Shown here in pieces: positions 1 to 9,722 of a DNA stretch of 20,054 bases. Both the position numbers and the translations under genes were made by a program. The DNA comes from a virus. Lineage: Duplodnaviria > Heunggongvirae > Uroviricota > Caudoviricetes. The notes under the pieces were generated by a model. It was not told where the DNA came from. It was given only the letters and a program-made list of their open reading frames with translations, and searched no databases. The stretch spans positions 1 to 20,054 of the IMG/VR virus record IMGVR_UViG_2671180360_000015; one strand, written 5' to 3'. How positions within the stretch are numbered: the first letter of the stretch is position 1; each line of letters starts with the position of its first letter.

Positions 1-525
<525 letters not shown>

Positions 526-529
526 GGTT

Positions 530-877
530 TCAACTCACAGGGATGGTTAACGAAAGTGGCTGGCCGGTGTCGTTGTGCTGACCGGTTAACGTGACCGTTA
601 TTCGCCCGTCAAAACTGCGCGCCGTGGTGACGGATGACAGGGTGACGCGGGGTTCCCATTTCAGCACCGCCATGTAACAGGCGACCTTAATCTGCAACTC
701 AAGCGCCGGGGTCTGCGGCTGGTCAATCATTGACGCCAGCAACGAGCCGTAATCACGACGCATCACCCGTGAGCCGACCGGTGTGCGCAGGATATCGCCG
801 ATACTCTGGCTGATATGCTCAAGGTCAGTGACCGTCAGGCCATCACTGCGATTCATTCCGAGATAACGCGCAGTCAT
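530..877 (-). CDS. W: Baseplate wedge protein gpW (gp25-like)
   Basis: 115 aa, same length as P2 gpW; position between V and J. Confidence 0.85.
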   Translation of the reverse strand: MTARYLGMNRSDGLTVTDLEHISQSIGDILRTPVGSRVMRRDYGSLLASMIDQPQTPALELQIKVACYMAVLKWEPRVTLSSVTTARSFDGRITVTLTGQHNDTGQPLSLTIPVS

Positions 878-1509
878 AGAGGTCCCCCTGTTGTGCCGCC
901 ACTGTCGCCGGGGTGTTTATGGGTATGCAGTACCTTACCGTTTGATGAGAGTTCACCGCCGGTGTGTTCAATGTTGCCGCGCATCGTCCCGCCCTTCTGC
1001 ACTTCCAGCGTGCCGGTAGTCAGTTTGTTAGTGCAGACCACTTCCGGTGTGTCCAGGGTGACACGGGTTGACGCTTTCACCGTGACCACCGGCACCGTGG
1101 CGGTAACAGAATCAGAAGCCGTCACGCTGGCCGTTTTAATTCCGCTTACCGTAAGTGCACTGGTTTCGGGTTCATATTCAATCACCGCCCCGTCAGGGAA
1201 ACGGATATGCAGGGCATCAGACGACGCAGACGGCGCGGGGTTATCGCCGGAATAAATCCCCGGCAGAACGAACGCCGTGTCGAGTTCACCGCCCACGGCC
1301 AGAATCAGCACCTGTTCCCCCACGGAAGGTGCCCACCATGTGCGCGAACGTCCGGCGCGATGGGTCAGCCACTGAAGCCAGTCAGTGCACATGCCGCCGG
1401 TCTGCACACGGCAGCGACCGGCGTTAAGGTCGGTTTCGACGATAACGCCGGTGCGGATCATGTTGCGCAGTGCGCGCGCGAGTTCCTGAATATTTGCGAG
1501 AGTGTTCAT
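874..1509 (-). CDS. V: Baseplate spike/assembly protein gpV
   Basis: 211 aa as in P2 gpV; 4-nt overlap with W; synteny. Confidence 0.85.
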   Translation of the reverse strand: MNTLANIQELARALRNMIRTGVIVETDLNAGRCRVQTGGMCTDWLQWLTHRAGRSRTWWAPSVGEQVLILAVGGELDTAFVLPGIYSGDNPAPSASSDALHIRFPDGAVIEYEPETSALTVSGIKTASVTASDSVTATVPVVTVKASTRVTLDTPEVVCTNKLTTGTLEVQKGGTMRGNIEHTGGELSSNGKVLHTHKHPGDSGGTTGGPL

Positions 1510-1575
1510 AACGGGAAGGATGCCGCCGGGTCATACCGGCGGCAATGTGACGATGAGGTGTCGGGGATGGCACAA

Positions 1576-2028
1576 CTAACGGTCGAGGTGAGCCAGGATA
1601 ATCTCTTCAATCATCTGCACATCCTCACCGGTAAAGCCGAGCAGAGGACGCGCCGGATAATCAATTTTCTTACCGTCTTTCCGGGTTTCTTCCGACAGAC
1701 CGAACTGATGCACACTGGCGATTTTCGGCGACTTCCCGCCGTAAAATTCCATTGATGCCTGTTCCGGGCTGGCGCGGATATGCAAAAAACGACTGGTGAT
1801 AAGTTTCGCAAACATTTTTCGCTTAACACGACCAGTCTTTTTTCTGGCGCTCTGCTGCTGGCGTGGCGCGTAGGGTGTGCCGTCCGGGGCTTTCTGTGCC
1901 ATCACCCGACGCTGCTGACTCTGACGCAGACGTTTCGCCAGTTCGGCGCTCAGTCGCCGACGCCCTGACGGTGACAGCGATTCAATCAGTCCGGTCAGCC
2001 GGTCTTCAAAACGCTTAAACTCATTCAT
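1576..2028 (-). CDS. S: Tail completion / virion morphogenesis protein gpS
   Basis: 150 aa as in P2 gpS; synteny R-S-V. Confidence 0.85.
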   Translation of the reverse strand: MNEFKRFEDRLTGLIESLSPSGRRRLSAELAKRLRQSQQRRVMAQKAPDGTPYAPRQQQSARKKTGRVKRKMFAKLITSRFLHIRASPEQASMEFYGGKSPKIASVHQFGLSEETRKDGKKIDYPARPLLGFTGEDVQMIEEIILAHLDR

Positions 2029-2488
2029 CCCACTTGCTCACCAGTTCGCCATTGATATAAAGCTCCACCGGGCGGGTGACCGGCTCCGGCGGCGGGGGTT
2101 CCGGGATATTCTTCACATGCAGCGCGCCGTCCACCTCACTGACCAGCGTGCGCTCGGTCAGCATCAGGCTGATGCTGATATCAAAGCTGCTGTCATTGTT
2201 GATGTCCGCATAAAACGTGAAGCCCTTTTTCTGGCCTTCGTCGGTGGTCATGATGTCGGGCTGATTTTCCCGCAGCCACGCCAGTACCGGCACGATGAGC
2301 AGGTCAAAATCACCGGTAAAGTCGGTCACAATAACATTGAGCGTGTAACGCTTTTCGAATGACAACGACGCCGCCAGCGTGGAGGCAATACTCCCGTTAT
2401 CCACGAATATCCGCAGCATATCGGGGTTAGTTTTCAGCACCGTGACGGCATCAGTCAGCGCCCTGCGCAGGCTGTCGGGTTTGAGCAT
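2021..2488 (-). CDS. R: Tail completion protein gpR
   Basis: 155 aa as in P2 gpR; overlaps S by 8 nt. Confidence 0.8.
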   Translation of the reverse strand: MLKPDSLRRALTDAVTVLKTNPDMLRIFVDNGSIASTLAASLSFEKRYTLNVIVTDFTGDFDLLIVPVLAWLRENQPDIMTTDEGQKKGFTFYADINNDSSFDISISLMLTERTLVSEVDGALHVKNIPEPPPPEPVTRPVELYINGELVSKWDE

Positions 2489-2741
2489 CGTTTTCGTCCT
2501 GACAGTGTTTAATCATTTTTACCTGGCTGGCACAGCGTGCCAGCGCGTTCTCAAGCTGCCGGATATCGGCACTTAAATCGCCGTTCGTCTGCGGGTCACT
2601 GCCCGGCATCGGGCAAAGGCTCACTTTCGGGCAGGCGTTGTGGACAATCACTGGCGTCAGTGCAGGCGGGGCGCTGGTGCAACCGGCGCACAGCATCAGG
2701 CAGCTCAGCACCGTACCAGCGGCGAAAATCTTCGTTTTCAT
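2451..2741 (-). CDS. lysC: LysC, Rz1-like o-spanin lipoprotein embedded out of frame in lysB
   Basis: Internal start MKTKIFAAGTVLSCLMLCAGC has a signal peptide plus lipobox (LCAGC); 96 aa as in P2 LysC; lies within and just past the lysB ORF in another frame. Confidence 0.7.
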   Translation of the reverse strand: MKTKIFAAGTVLSCLMLCAGCTSAPPALTPVIVHNACPKVSLCPMPGSDPQTNGDLSADIRQLENALARCASQVKMIKHCQDENDAQTRQPAQGAD

Positions 2742-3021
2742 TAAGTAACCTCGTGATGGTTTTCTCGCGCTGTGCTTCACGCTTCGCGGCGTTCTCCAGT
2801 TCCTGACGCAGTGCCACCTGCGCCAGCTCGTTTTTGTCTGCCCTGGTGAGCGCAACATGAAGCTGATTTTTCAGCATGGTGATGGTCGCCTGCTGCCCGC
2901 TGGCGACATTGTTCGCCCTGTCCAGCGAGGCGCGCAGGCTGGCATTTTTGTGTTTCACCAGAAACAGACCGGCCACCGCCAGCGATAACAACACAACCAG
3001 CACAGTCATCAGCTTTGACAT
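2596..3021 (-). CDS. lysB: LysB, Rz-like i-spanin
   Basis: 141 aa; N-terminal TM segment (LMTVLVVLLSLAVAGLFLV) then charged coiled-coil-like region; synteny after lysA. Confidence 0.8.
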   Translation of the reverse strand: MSKLMTVLVVLLSLAVAGLFLVKHKNASLRASLDRANNVASGQQATITMLKNQLHVALTRADKNELAQVALRQELENAAKREAQREKTITRLLNENEDFRRWYGAELPDAVRRLHQRPACTDASDCPQRLPESEPLPDAGQ

Positions 3022-3434
3022 GGTTCCCGCCCCTCAAAGCGCTGACGGCAGGCCGTACGTACCAACCGGAAGAACAGCGACGCCATGAGATAAATCAGCG
3101 CGGTAAAAATCCACCCGGCAGCAATCAGCGAGACAAACGTCGCCACCATCACCACCAGAGCCGCCGCCCGTCTGCGCCACGGCACCGGCTGCAAAAACAG
3201 CGACGTGACAATCTGCACGGCCAGCGATTCCGGCGGCAGCTCCCGCCCGTAGCGTTCCAGTACATACTCTGTGGCATACACGCCGACACCACCGGCAACC
3301 ACACAGATAACCGTCGCCAGAATCGCCCAGGCGGCGACAAAACTGACGGCCACGCTCTGCGGGTAAATCAGGGACAGTGCCAGCATCAGCGCCAGCGACA
3401 CGTTCAGCATCAGTGAAAGGGATAATTTCTTCAT
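3009..3434 (-). CDS. lysA: LysA, membrane protein of the lysis cassette (lysis timing)
   Basis: 141 aa with several hydrophobic TM segments; position between K and lysB as in P2. Confidence 0.75.
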   Translation of the reverse strand: MKKLSLSLMLNVSLALMLALSLIYPQSVAVSFVAAWAILATVICVVAGGVGVYATEYVLERYGRELPPESLAVQIVTSLFLQPVPWRRRAAALVVMVATFVSLIAAGWIFTALIYLMASLFFRLVRTACRQRFEGREPCQS

Positions 3435-3448
3435 GGTGTTTACTCCGT

Positions 3449-3946
3449 TTAAGCCGGTACGCCGCCGGCGGTACGCCAGACGGTGACCAGTTTTTCCAGT
3501 GAATGCTCACGCTGACCGTAACCGGCACCCGGCAGGGACGCCCAGATATTGCGACAGCGTGAAATGGCGCGCTCAATGCGTCCCGCCCGGATGTCATCCA
3601 GTGCACCGCGTTCGCGGATCAACTGAATGGCAAGTCTGTCCTGTGACAACGGACTGAAATCCGGCAGGGCAAGCTGTTTGCGGTAATGCGGCCAGAACAG
3701 GTAAAGCTGCTGATAGCGACCGGAGGCCGTGGATTTTTCACCGCGACGGTTAAACACCTTCGCCGGTCGGCCATGTGCGAACGGGTGGTCACTGTAGTCG
3801 GTGAAAATTTCCGGCTTCCCGTCCAGTCCGGTGACTATCACGTCATAGCCCCGGTTTTTCGTCAGCGGATGGTTTGCCGTCCCTTCGGACACGGCCAGCA
3901 TGTCGAGAAAGGCGGCGATATTCTGATGCGTGTTAATAACCGGCAT
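3449..3946 (-). CDS. K: Endolysin gpK (lysozyme family)
   Basis: 165 aa as in P2 gpK; position after holin Y. Confidence 0.85.
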   Translation of the reverse strand: MPVINTHQNIAAFLDMLAVSEGTANHPLTKNRGYDVIVTGLDGKPEIFTDYSDHPFAHGRPAKVFNRRGEKSTASGRYQQLYLFWPHYRKQLALPDFSPLSQDRLAIQLIRERGALDDIRAGRIERAISRCRNIWASLPGAGYGQREHSLEKLVTVWRTAGGVPA

Positions 3947-4227
3947 TACGGTTTCCCCCTGCCCTTAAAGCGGCGCTGAATGGCAATCTCAATCACCTGA
4001 TAACCGGCGATACCCAGCATGGAGCCGATACCGCACACCGCAGGCAGTGACAGGTCAGGAAACTGCACCAGAACAACACCGGCAACCATCGAGACAAAAC
4101 CACCGAGCAACATGCGCCCGATAAACAGACGCGGGGTGATGGGTTCACCACCGGCAAGCACCTTGCCGACAACAATCAGCACCCCAATCATGAAAAGCGA
4201 CAGGACGCTTTTTTCTTCTGCTGTCAT
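3946..4227 (-). CDS. Y: Holin gpY
   Basis: 93 aa as in P2 gpY; hydrophobic TM segments; charged C-terminus RRFKGRGKP. Confidence 0.8.
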   Translation of the reverse strand: MTAEEKSVLSLFMIGVLIVVGKVLAGGEPITPRLFIGRMLLGGFVSMVAGVVLVQFPDLSLPAVCGIGSMLGIAGYQVIEIAIQRRFKGRGKP

Positions 4228-4230
4228 GCG

Positions 4231-4434
4231 TTACTCCCACAGATTGACAGTTTCAGCCACGGGCGCGGTCTGAACGTCGGGCAGTTCGACGGCGGTGCCG
4301 TGTGGCAGCACCGCACCCAGTTCAGCCAGTCCCGGATTTGCGGCGAGCACGGTCTCAACCACGCCCTCAGTGCGCCCGTAATACCGGACACAAATGGCGT
4401 CGAGCGTGTCGCCCTGTAGCGCAAAGGTCTTCAT
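4231..4434 (-). CDS. X: Tail protein gpX
   Basis: Internal start MKTFALQGDTLDAICVRYYG gives 67 aa as in P2 gpX; LysM-like motif; ATGA overlap with L stop. Confidence 0.75.
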   Translation of the reverse strand: MKTFALQGDTLDAICVRYYGRTEGVVETVLAANPGLAELGAVLPHGTAVELPDVQTAPVAETVNLWE

Positions 4435-4943
4435 CAGATTTGACTCACGATGCAGCGCGGCTTGCCCTGGATGCGCGCCACTGCCCAGCGCATATCCCGC
4501 CACAGCTCATCAATGGTGCTGTCAATGCTGTCGGCCTTCTTGTCGCCTTTCGCACTGGCATCCACACCGCGATAACGTTCATAAAGCGACGCGGTCGCCA
4601 TCGCACACACGGCGCGCTCGTAGTAAAAAACTTTGATGCTTTCACCGTCGATGTCGTCCGCCGGGACGTCCGCCAGACGCGTAAAACCGGCGGCAATTTT
4701 CTGTTCGCGGTACTCGTACAGCTCCGCATTCGTCTCCGCCATGCCTGACTTGATGGCCTCACGCAGACGGGCGGGGGCGACGGTCTGCTCAAGGCGCATA
4801 CGTTCCCGGACGCGCTTCGGGTCGATATCGGGAAAAAAGAACGTGTTTTTAATCACCGGCTCGTCGCCTGCCGGTTGCGGGATGACCACCGTACCCTCAC
4901 CGGACACGGGAGCCTCCTTTCGCGGAATAATCAGCGTCATCAT
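4434..4943 (-). CDS. L: Head completion/stabilisation protein gpL
   Basis: Start at MMTLIIPRKE gives 169 aa as in P2 gpL; synteny M-L-X. Confidence 0.8.
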   Translation of the reverse strand: MMTLIIPRKEAPVSGEGTVVIPQPAGDEPVIKNTFFFPDIDPKRVRERMRLEQTVAPARLREAIKSGMAETNAELYEYREQKIAAGFTRLADVPADDIDGESIKVFYYERAVCAMATASLYERYRGVDASAKGDKKADSIDSTIDELWRDMRWAVARIQGKPRCIVSQI

Positions 4944-5042
4944 GACTACCTCTGAAAAGTCGGGCGGTGGACGCCGGTGCAGTGTCAGGTGATTCACCCT
5001 CACTGACCGGCGTGCCGCCCTGGCGCGGGGCGCATTCGGTTG

Positions 5043-5786
5043 TTAACTGGCTTTCTTTTTCGGGCGTCCACGTTTTGCCGGTGTCACGCTCCGGATCTTA
5101 CGCGGGGCGCGGGTGGCCGCTTTGGGCTGCGGCTCCGGCTTCGGTTTCAGCTCCCGCTCCAGTCGTTCAATCTCTTTTTTGACGCCTGCCTGACAGTCGA
5201 GCTGTGTCGCACGTTGCAGGTGAGCCAGCGCACCGGCGGCATCACCACCGTCACGCAGAAACAGACCGGTGATTTTGTGCAGCTTTGCGCGCACTTCATC
5301 AGGCATGTCAGCCGTGGCGGTCAGTTCAAGGGTGTCCGTCAGCAGGCGGGTATCCACAGACTCACCCGCAGCGTGAGCGCGCATGGCCGCAAGCGCCACC
5401 TCCTCGGTGAACATGTACGGCGGGGTGCGGCGGTGTTTACCCGGCATGGTCAGACCGTACTTCAGGGCATAACGGGCAATCTCCAGCGCACCGGCAATAT
5501 CGCCGGTATCCAGACGCCACAGCATGACCGTCATCAGAATGTCATCCTGTGCACCTTTGCCCTGCTCCAGCACGCCATTCACCCACGGCAACCAGAACGG
5601 CAGCAGTTCGCGTTTTTTCGCGGCCTTCAGCTCTTTTGAATAAATCGCTTTCAGTGTGCGCTGGTCTGCGGCGAGCTTAACCAGCATCTGCTCATAGACA
5701 GTTGCATGTCGCAGCGGGGCGGCTTCCCGCTGCGCGGTCATCGCTGCCGAGACCCGCATCATGTGGCGCTGTGCGGGACTCGTCAT
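5043..5786 (-). CDS. M: Terminase small (endonuclease) subunit gpM
   Basis: 247 aa as in P2 gpM; basic C-terminus; synteny. Confidence 0.85.
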   Translation of the reverse strand: MTSPAQRHMMRVSAAMTAQREAAPLRHATVYEQMLVKLAADQRTLKAIYSKELKAAKKRELLPFWLPWVNGVLEQGKGAQDDILMTVMLWRLDTGDIAGALEIARYALKYGLTMPGKHRRTPPYMFTEEVALAAMRAHAAGESVDTRLLTDTLELTATADMPDEVRAKLHKITGLFLRDGGDAAGALAHLQRATQLDCQAGVKKEIERLERELKPKPEPQPKAATRAPRKIRSVTPAKRGRPKKKAS

Positions 5787-5789
5787 CGG

Positions 5790-6863
5790 TTACGCTCCCG
5801 GCTCTGCGGTCGCTTTAGCCAGTGTGGAGAAATCACCGACCTTAATTTTTTCCACCAGACAACCGGCGGCGTAGTCTTCCACCACGTAATCAATGTTCAT
5901 TGACTCGTAGTTCTCCACGCGGTCGAGTTTCGGGTTTTCCTCAATCACGCGGCGATGGCTGTCATCCATGTAGTAGATGGACAGGTTTTCCAGCTTTGTG
6001 ATGAGCATCGCATCCGCCGGGAAGTACGGGACGCGTACCGCCGGCAGGTTACCGATGCGTTTCTGGCTGATGATGACGTCAGCGGCCAGCATTTCGCTGT
6101 TGTCCTGCTCCTTGTTGACGATGGGAAAATACTTGTCCGCCAGTAGCTGACGTCCCACAATCACCACAAGGTCAGGGTCTTCCTGATACCACGGCTCAAT
6201 CAGGTTGTTGGTCGCATCCATCACCAGTGCGTCAAGGCTGGCATAATCACCGCCCTTACCCACGCGGATAACCTCAGAGGTGGTGTGCCCTTCCTCGTCA
6301 GTGACCTTGCTCATCACGCGCGCCGGGGCTTCATTGCGGTATTTCTGCAGCCAGCCGACCGCCACATCCTGCAGCATCGGATTGCTGCTGCGGTCAGAGG
6401 TTTCGGCACGCCTCACGCCGTTAAAACCGGCCATGATTAAATCAAGGGACTGGCGTTTGATAATGGCGTTACGGACACGGAGCTGGAAATCCTGATAACG
6501 CGCCCACAGGTCCAGCGTTTTGTAGCGGATATAAAAATCGAAGTTAATCTGGTCGCATTCGTACTTGTTTGACGCCAGCTTCGAGAAGTCCTTCGGCTGA
6601 CGCTCGGTGCCACCGGCGGTGTCGCTGGTGCTGGCGATGGAGCCGGTGACACCGATGCCAATTTTTTCCCCTTTCATTTCGCTGACCGGCACAATGTTGA
6701 TGCGGGTCAGAAAGTCAGAGGACTCCTGCATGGTGTTCATCAGGGTCTGGGTGACCGACGGTTCAACGGTGAATTTTTTCGACACATCACCGGCGTCGAT
6801 GCCGTTCAGTTCGGCAACACGGGACAGGTAGGCATTAAATTTAAAGCGGGTTTCCTGGCGCAT
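5790..6863 (-). CDS. N: Major capsid protein gpN
   Basis: 357 aa as in P2 gpN; synteny O-N-M. Confidence 0.9.
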   Translation of the reverse strand: MRQETRFKFNAYLSRVAELNGIDAGDVSKKFTVEPSVTQTLMNTMQESSDFLTRINIVPVSEMKGEKIGIGVTGSIASTSDTAGGTERQPKDFSKLASNKYECDQINFDFYIRYKTLDLWARYQDFQLRVRNAIIKRQSLDLIMAGFNGVRRAETSDRSSNPMLQDVAVGWLQKYRNEAPARVMSKVTDEEGHTTSEVIRVGKGGDYASLDALVMDATNNLIEPWYQEDPDLVVIVGRQLLADKYFPIVNKEQDNSEMLAADVIISQKRIGNLPAVRVPYFPADAMLITKLENLSIYYMDDSHRRVIEENPKLDRVENYESMNIDYVVEDYAAGCLVEKIKVGDFSTLAKATAEPGA

Positions 6864-6921
6864 AGTTTTTCCTGAAATTAAGGGTTAATCGTGAAGGTTT
6901 TCCCGGACTGACTGACGCCGG

Positions 6922-7776
6922 TCAGCAGTTCGTCATCAGGGCGTCACCGCCACCACCGGTGGCCTTGCTGCGGCGCTGCTGGGTCAGACTTTCGGTGTGG
7001 TCGAGACTGTTTTTCAGGCGGGTGAATGCCTGGCTGGTTTCATCCGCCCTGTCAGTCACATCCTGCTTAAGTGCGGAAAAAGCGGTTTCCATCTCAGCGA
7101 GGCGCTGCTCAGTGGCGCTCAGTTTTTCCTGCACATGTTCAGCAACAGCGGTCACCGCTTCATGCACGTCATTCAGACGGGCGTCATCGCTGGCCTGTTT
7201 GCGGCCAAAAATGGACTTCACCTTTTCGGTCAGGGCGGTGAACACGGTTTCAGGCAGGTCTTCAAATTCCAGCTCAACGGGCGTTGCCACTGAAATCAGG
7301 TTTTCAGGGCTTAATTTGAAGCGGTTCAGGGGGTTGTGTTTTGCCGTGCGGCAGAATTCCAGGTATTCCGTGCCGAGGCTTGCCGGGTCATCGGTGACGG
7401 CCAGACCCACCAGATAACATTTGCCGGTATTGGCAAAGTTCGGCTGAATTTCCATTGAGGTATAGACCTTCTGCGCGGCCTTGTTCATCGCGATAAGGTC
7501 ATCGGTCGGGGTGATTTTCGCAAACAGCGCCCATTTGCCTTTCAGCGCCGAATCATCGTCAATCTTTTCGGCCTTCAGTTCGGCCACATCGCCATAACGC
7601 TTAAAAATACCGTCAGGCAGGATGCCGCGCAGATGTTCCAGGTTAATGCGGCAACCATAGACTCGCGGGTCAAAGGTTTCGGCCATTTCCTGAATATCCT
7701 GCGCACTGATGACACGCCCGTCACAGGTGTCACCCTCAACGCCGATACGAAAGAATTTTGAGACTTTTTTTGCCAT
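6922..7776 (-). CDS. O: Capsid scaffolding protein gpO
   Basis: Start at MAKKVSKFFRIGVEGD gives 284 aa as in P2 gpO; the longer ORF to 7842 is probably upstream extension. Confidence 0.85.
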   Translation of the reverse strand: MAKKVSKFFRIGVEGDTCDGRVISAQDIQEMAETFDPRVYGCRINLEHLRGILPDGIFKRYGDVAELKAEKIDDDSALKGKWALFAKITPTDDLIAMNKAAQKVYTSMEIQPNFANTGKCYLVGLAVTDDPASLGTEYLEFCRTAKHNPLNRFKLSPENLISVATPVELEFEDLPETVFTALTEKVKSIFGRKQASDDARLNDVHEAVTAVAEHVQEKLSATEQRLAEMETAFSALKQDVTDRADETSQAFTRLKNSLDHTESLTQQRRSKATGGGGDALMTNC

Positions 7777-7949
7777 TGTCAGGAGTCCTGAATAGTGATT
7801 AGAGGAGTCACATGTCGGCATCAGTTTCCCGACGATGCGCATCCTCCGCCATCAGTCCCGGATGGCTTATCACTGACACAACAGCACCTTAGCGAATCGC
7901 GGGGCGCGACTCAGTAGCCTTGCCGTGTATTCATCACGGCGAGGTATTC
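7777..7949. promoter_or_regulatory. Divergent late promoter region between O (leftward) and P (rightward)
   Basis: 173-bp intergenic region between divergent late operons, as for P2 PO/PP; contains inverted repeat GCCGTG-N7-CACGGC at 7922..7940; no exact TGT-N12-ACA activator dyad found by eye. Confidence 0.5.
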
Positions 7950-9722
7950 ATGACCATCACCACAGACACCACTCTTTTACACGACCCGCGTCGTCAGGCG
8001 GCGCTGCTGTACTGGCAGGGATTTTCCGTGCCGCAGATTGCCGCCATGTTGCAGATGAAACGCCCGACGGTGCAGAGCTGGAAACAGCGCGACGGCTGGG
8101 ACAGCGTTGCCCCCATCAGCCGTGTCGAAATGAGTCTGGAAGCGCGGCTGACCCAGCTCATCATCAAACCGCAGAAAACCGGCGGTGACTTCAAGGAAAT
8201 TGACCTGCTCGGACGCCAGATTGAACGACTGGCACGGGTCAACCGTTACAGTCAGACCGGCAACGAGGCAGACCTTAATCCGAACGTCGCTAACCGCAAC
8301 AAAGGCGGGCGTCGCAAACCGAAAAAGAATTTTTTCAGTGACGAGGCCATCGAAAAGCTGGAGCAGATTTTCTTTGAGCAGTCTTTCGAATATCAGTTGC
8401 ACTGGTATCGCGCAGGGCTTGAGCACCGCATCCGCGATATCCTGAAATCCCGCCAGATTGGCGCGACGTTTTATTTTTCCCGCGAGGCGCTGCTGCGCGC
8501 CCTGAAAACCGGTCATAACCAGATTTTTCTGTCGGCCAGTAAAACGCAGGCGTATGTGTTCCGCGAATACATCATCGCCTTTGCCCGGCTGGTTGACGTT
8601 GACCTGACCGGTGACCCGATTGTCCTGGGCAATAACGGCGCAAAACTGATTTTTCTCGGCACCAACTCCAACACCGCGCAGAGCCATAACGGCGACCTGT
8701 ACGTCGACGAGATTTTCTGGATCCCGAATTTTCAGGTACTGCGTAAGGTGGCATCAGGTATGGCCTCACAGAGTCACCTGCGCTCGACCTATTTCTCCAC
8801 CCCGTCCACACTGGCGCACGACGCCTACCCGTTCTGGTCGGGTGAACTGTTTAACCGGGGACGCGCCAGCGCCGCCGAACGCGTGGAAATCGACGTCAGT
8901 CATAACGCCCTTGCCGGTGGGCTTCTCTGTGCGGACGGCCAGTGGCGGCAGATTGTCACCATTGAGGACGCCCTGAAAGGCGGCTGCACGCTGTTCGACA
9001 TTGAGCAGCTCAAACGTGAAAACAGCGCCGACGATTTTAAAAACCTGTTCATGTGTGAATTTGTTGACGACAAGGCGTCGGTGTTCCCGTTCGAGGAGCT
9101 GCAACGCTGCATGGTCGACACGCTGGAAGAATGGGAAGACTATGCTCCGTTTGCCGCCAATCCGTTCGGCTCACGTCCGGTATGGATTGGTTACGACCCG
9201 TCACACCGTGGCGACAGCGCCGGATGCGTGGTGCTGGCACCGCCGGTGGTGGCCGGTGGCAAATTCAGAATACTTGAGCGTCACCAGTGGAAAGGCATGG
9301 ACTTTGCCACCCAGGCTGAATCCATCCGCAAACTCACCGAAAAATATAACGTCGAATACATCGGTATTGATGCCACCGGCCTCGGTGTCGGCGTGTTCCA
9401 GCTCGTGCGCTCGTTCTATCCCGCCGCGCGCGATATCCGCTACACGCCGGAAATGAAAACTGCAATGGTGCTCAAGGCAAAAGACGTTATCCGCCGTGGC
9501 TGTCTGGAATATGACGTCAGCGCCACCGACATCACCAGCTCGTTCATGGCTATCCGCAAGACCATGACCAGCAGCGGACGCAGCGCCACCTATGAGGCCA
9601 GCCGCAGCGAGGAAGCCAGCCACGCCGACCTCGCCTGGGCGACCATGCACGCCCTGTTAAATGAGCCACTCACCGCCGGTATCAGCACTCCGCTGACATC
9701 CACCATTCTGGAGTTTTACTGA
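7950..9722 (+). CDS. P: Terminase large subunit (ATPase) gpP
   Basis: Start MTITTDTT at 7950 preceded by GAGG gives 590 aa as in P2 gpP; 1-nt stop/start overlap with Q. Confidence 0.9.
   Translation: MTITTDTTLLHDPRRQAALLYWQGFSVPQIAAMLQMKRPTVQSWKQRDGWDSVAPISRVEMSLEARLTQLIIKPQKTGGDFKEIDLLGRQIERLARVNRYSQTGNEADLNPNVANRNKGGRRKPKKNFFSDEAIEKLEQIFFEQSFEYQLHWYRAGLEHRIRDILKSRQIGATFYFSREALLRALKTGHNQIFLSASKTQAYVFREYIIAFARLVDVDLTGDPIVLGNNGAKLIFLGTNSNTAQSHNGDLYVDEIFWIPNFQVLRKVASGMASQSHLRSTYFSTPSTLAHDAYPFWSGELFNRGRASAAERVEIDVSHNALAGGLLCADGQWRQIVTIEDALKGGCTLFDIEQLKRENSADDFKNLFMCEFVDDKASVFPFEELQRCMVDTLEEWEDYAPFAANPFGSRPVWIGYDPSHRGDSAGCVVLAPPVVAGGKFRILERHQWKGMDFATQAESIRKLTEKYNVEYIGIDATGLGVGVFQLVRSFYPAARDIRYTPEMKTAMVLKAKDVIRRGCLEYDVSATDITSSFMAIRKTMTSSGRSATYEASRSEEASHADLAWATMHALLNEPLTAGISTPLTSTILEFY

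Noticed and set aside
815-1755. Plus-strand ORFs 815..1255, 1155..1427 and 1207..1755
   Set aside because: They lie antisense within the V/S tail genes in GC-rich DNA, have Pro/Arg-rich low-complexity translations and no SD; typical shadow ORFs.
3015-5639. Long ORFs overlapping lysA, K, X, L and M in other frames or strands (e.g. 3034..3606, 4302..4748, 5040..5639)
   Set aside because: They overlap well-supported P2-homologous genes; Arg/Gly/Cys-rich composition is typical of out-of-frame translation of high-GC coding DNA.
7777-7949. Search for the Ogr/Delta activator dyad TGT-N12-ACA in the late promoter region
   Set aside because: No exact match found by eye; late promoters are called from gene arrangement only.
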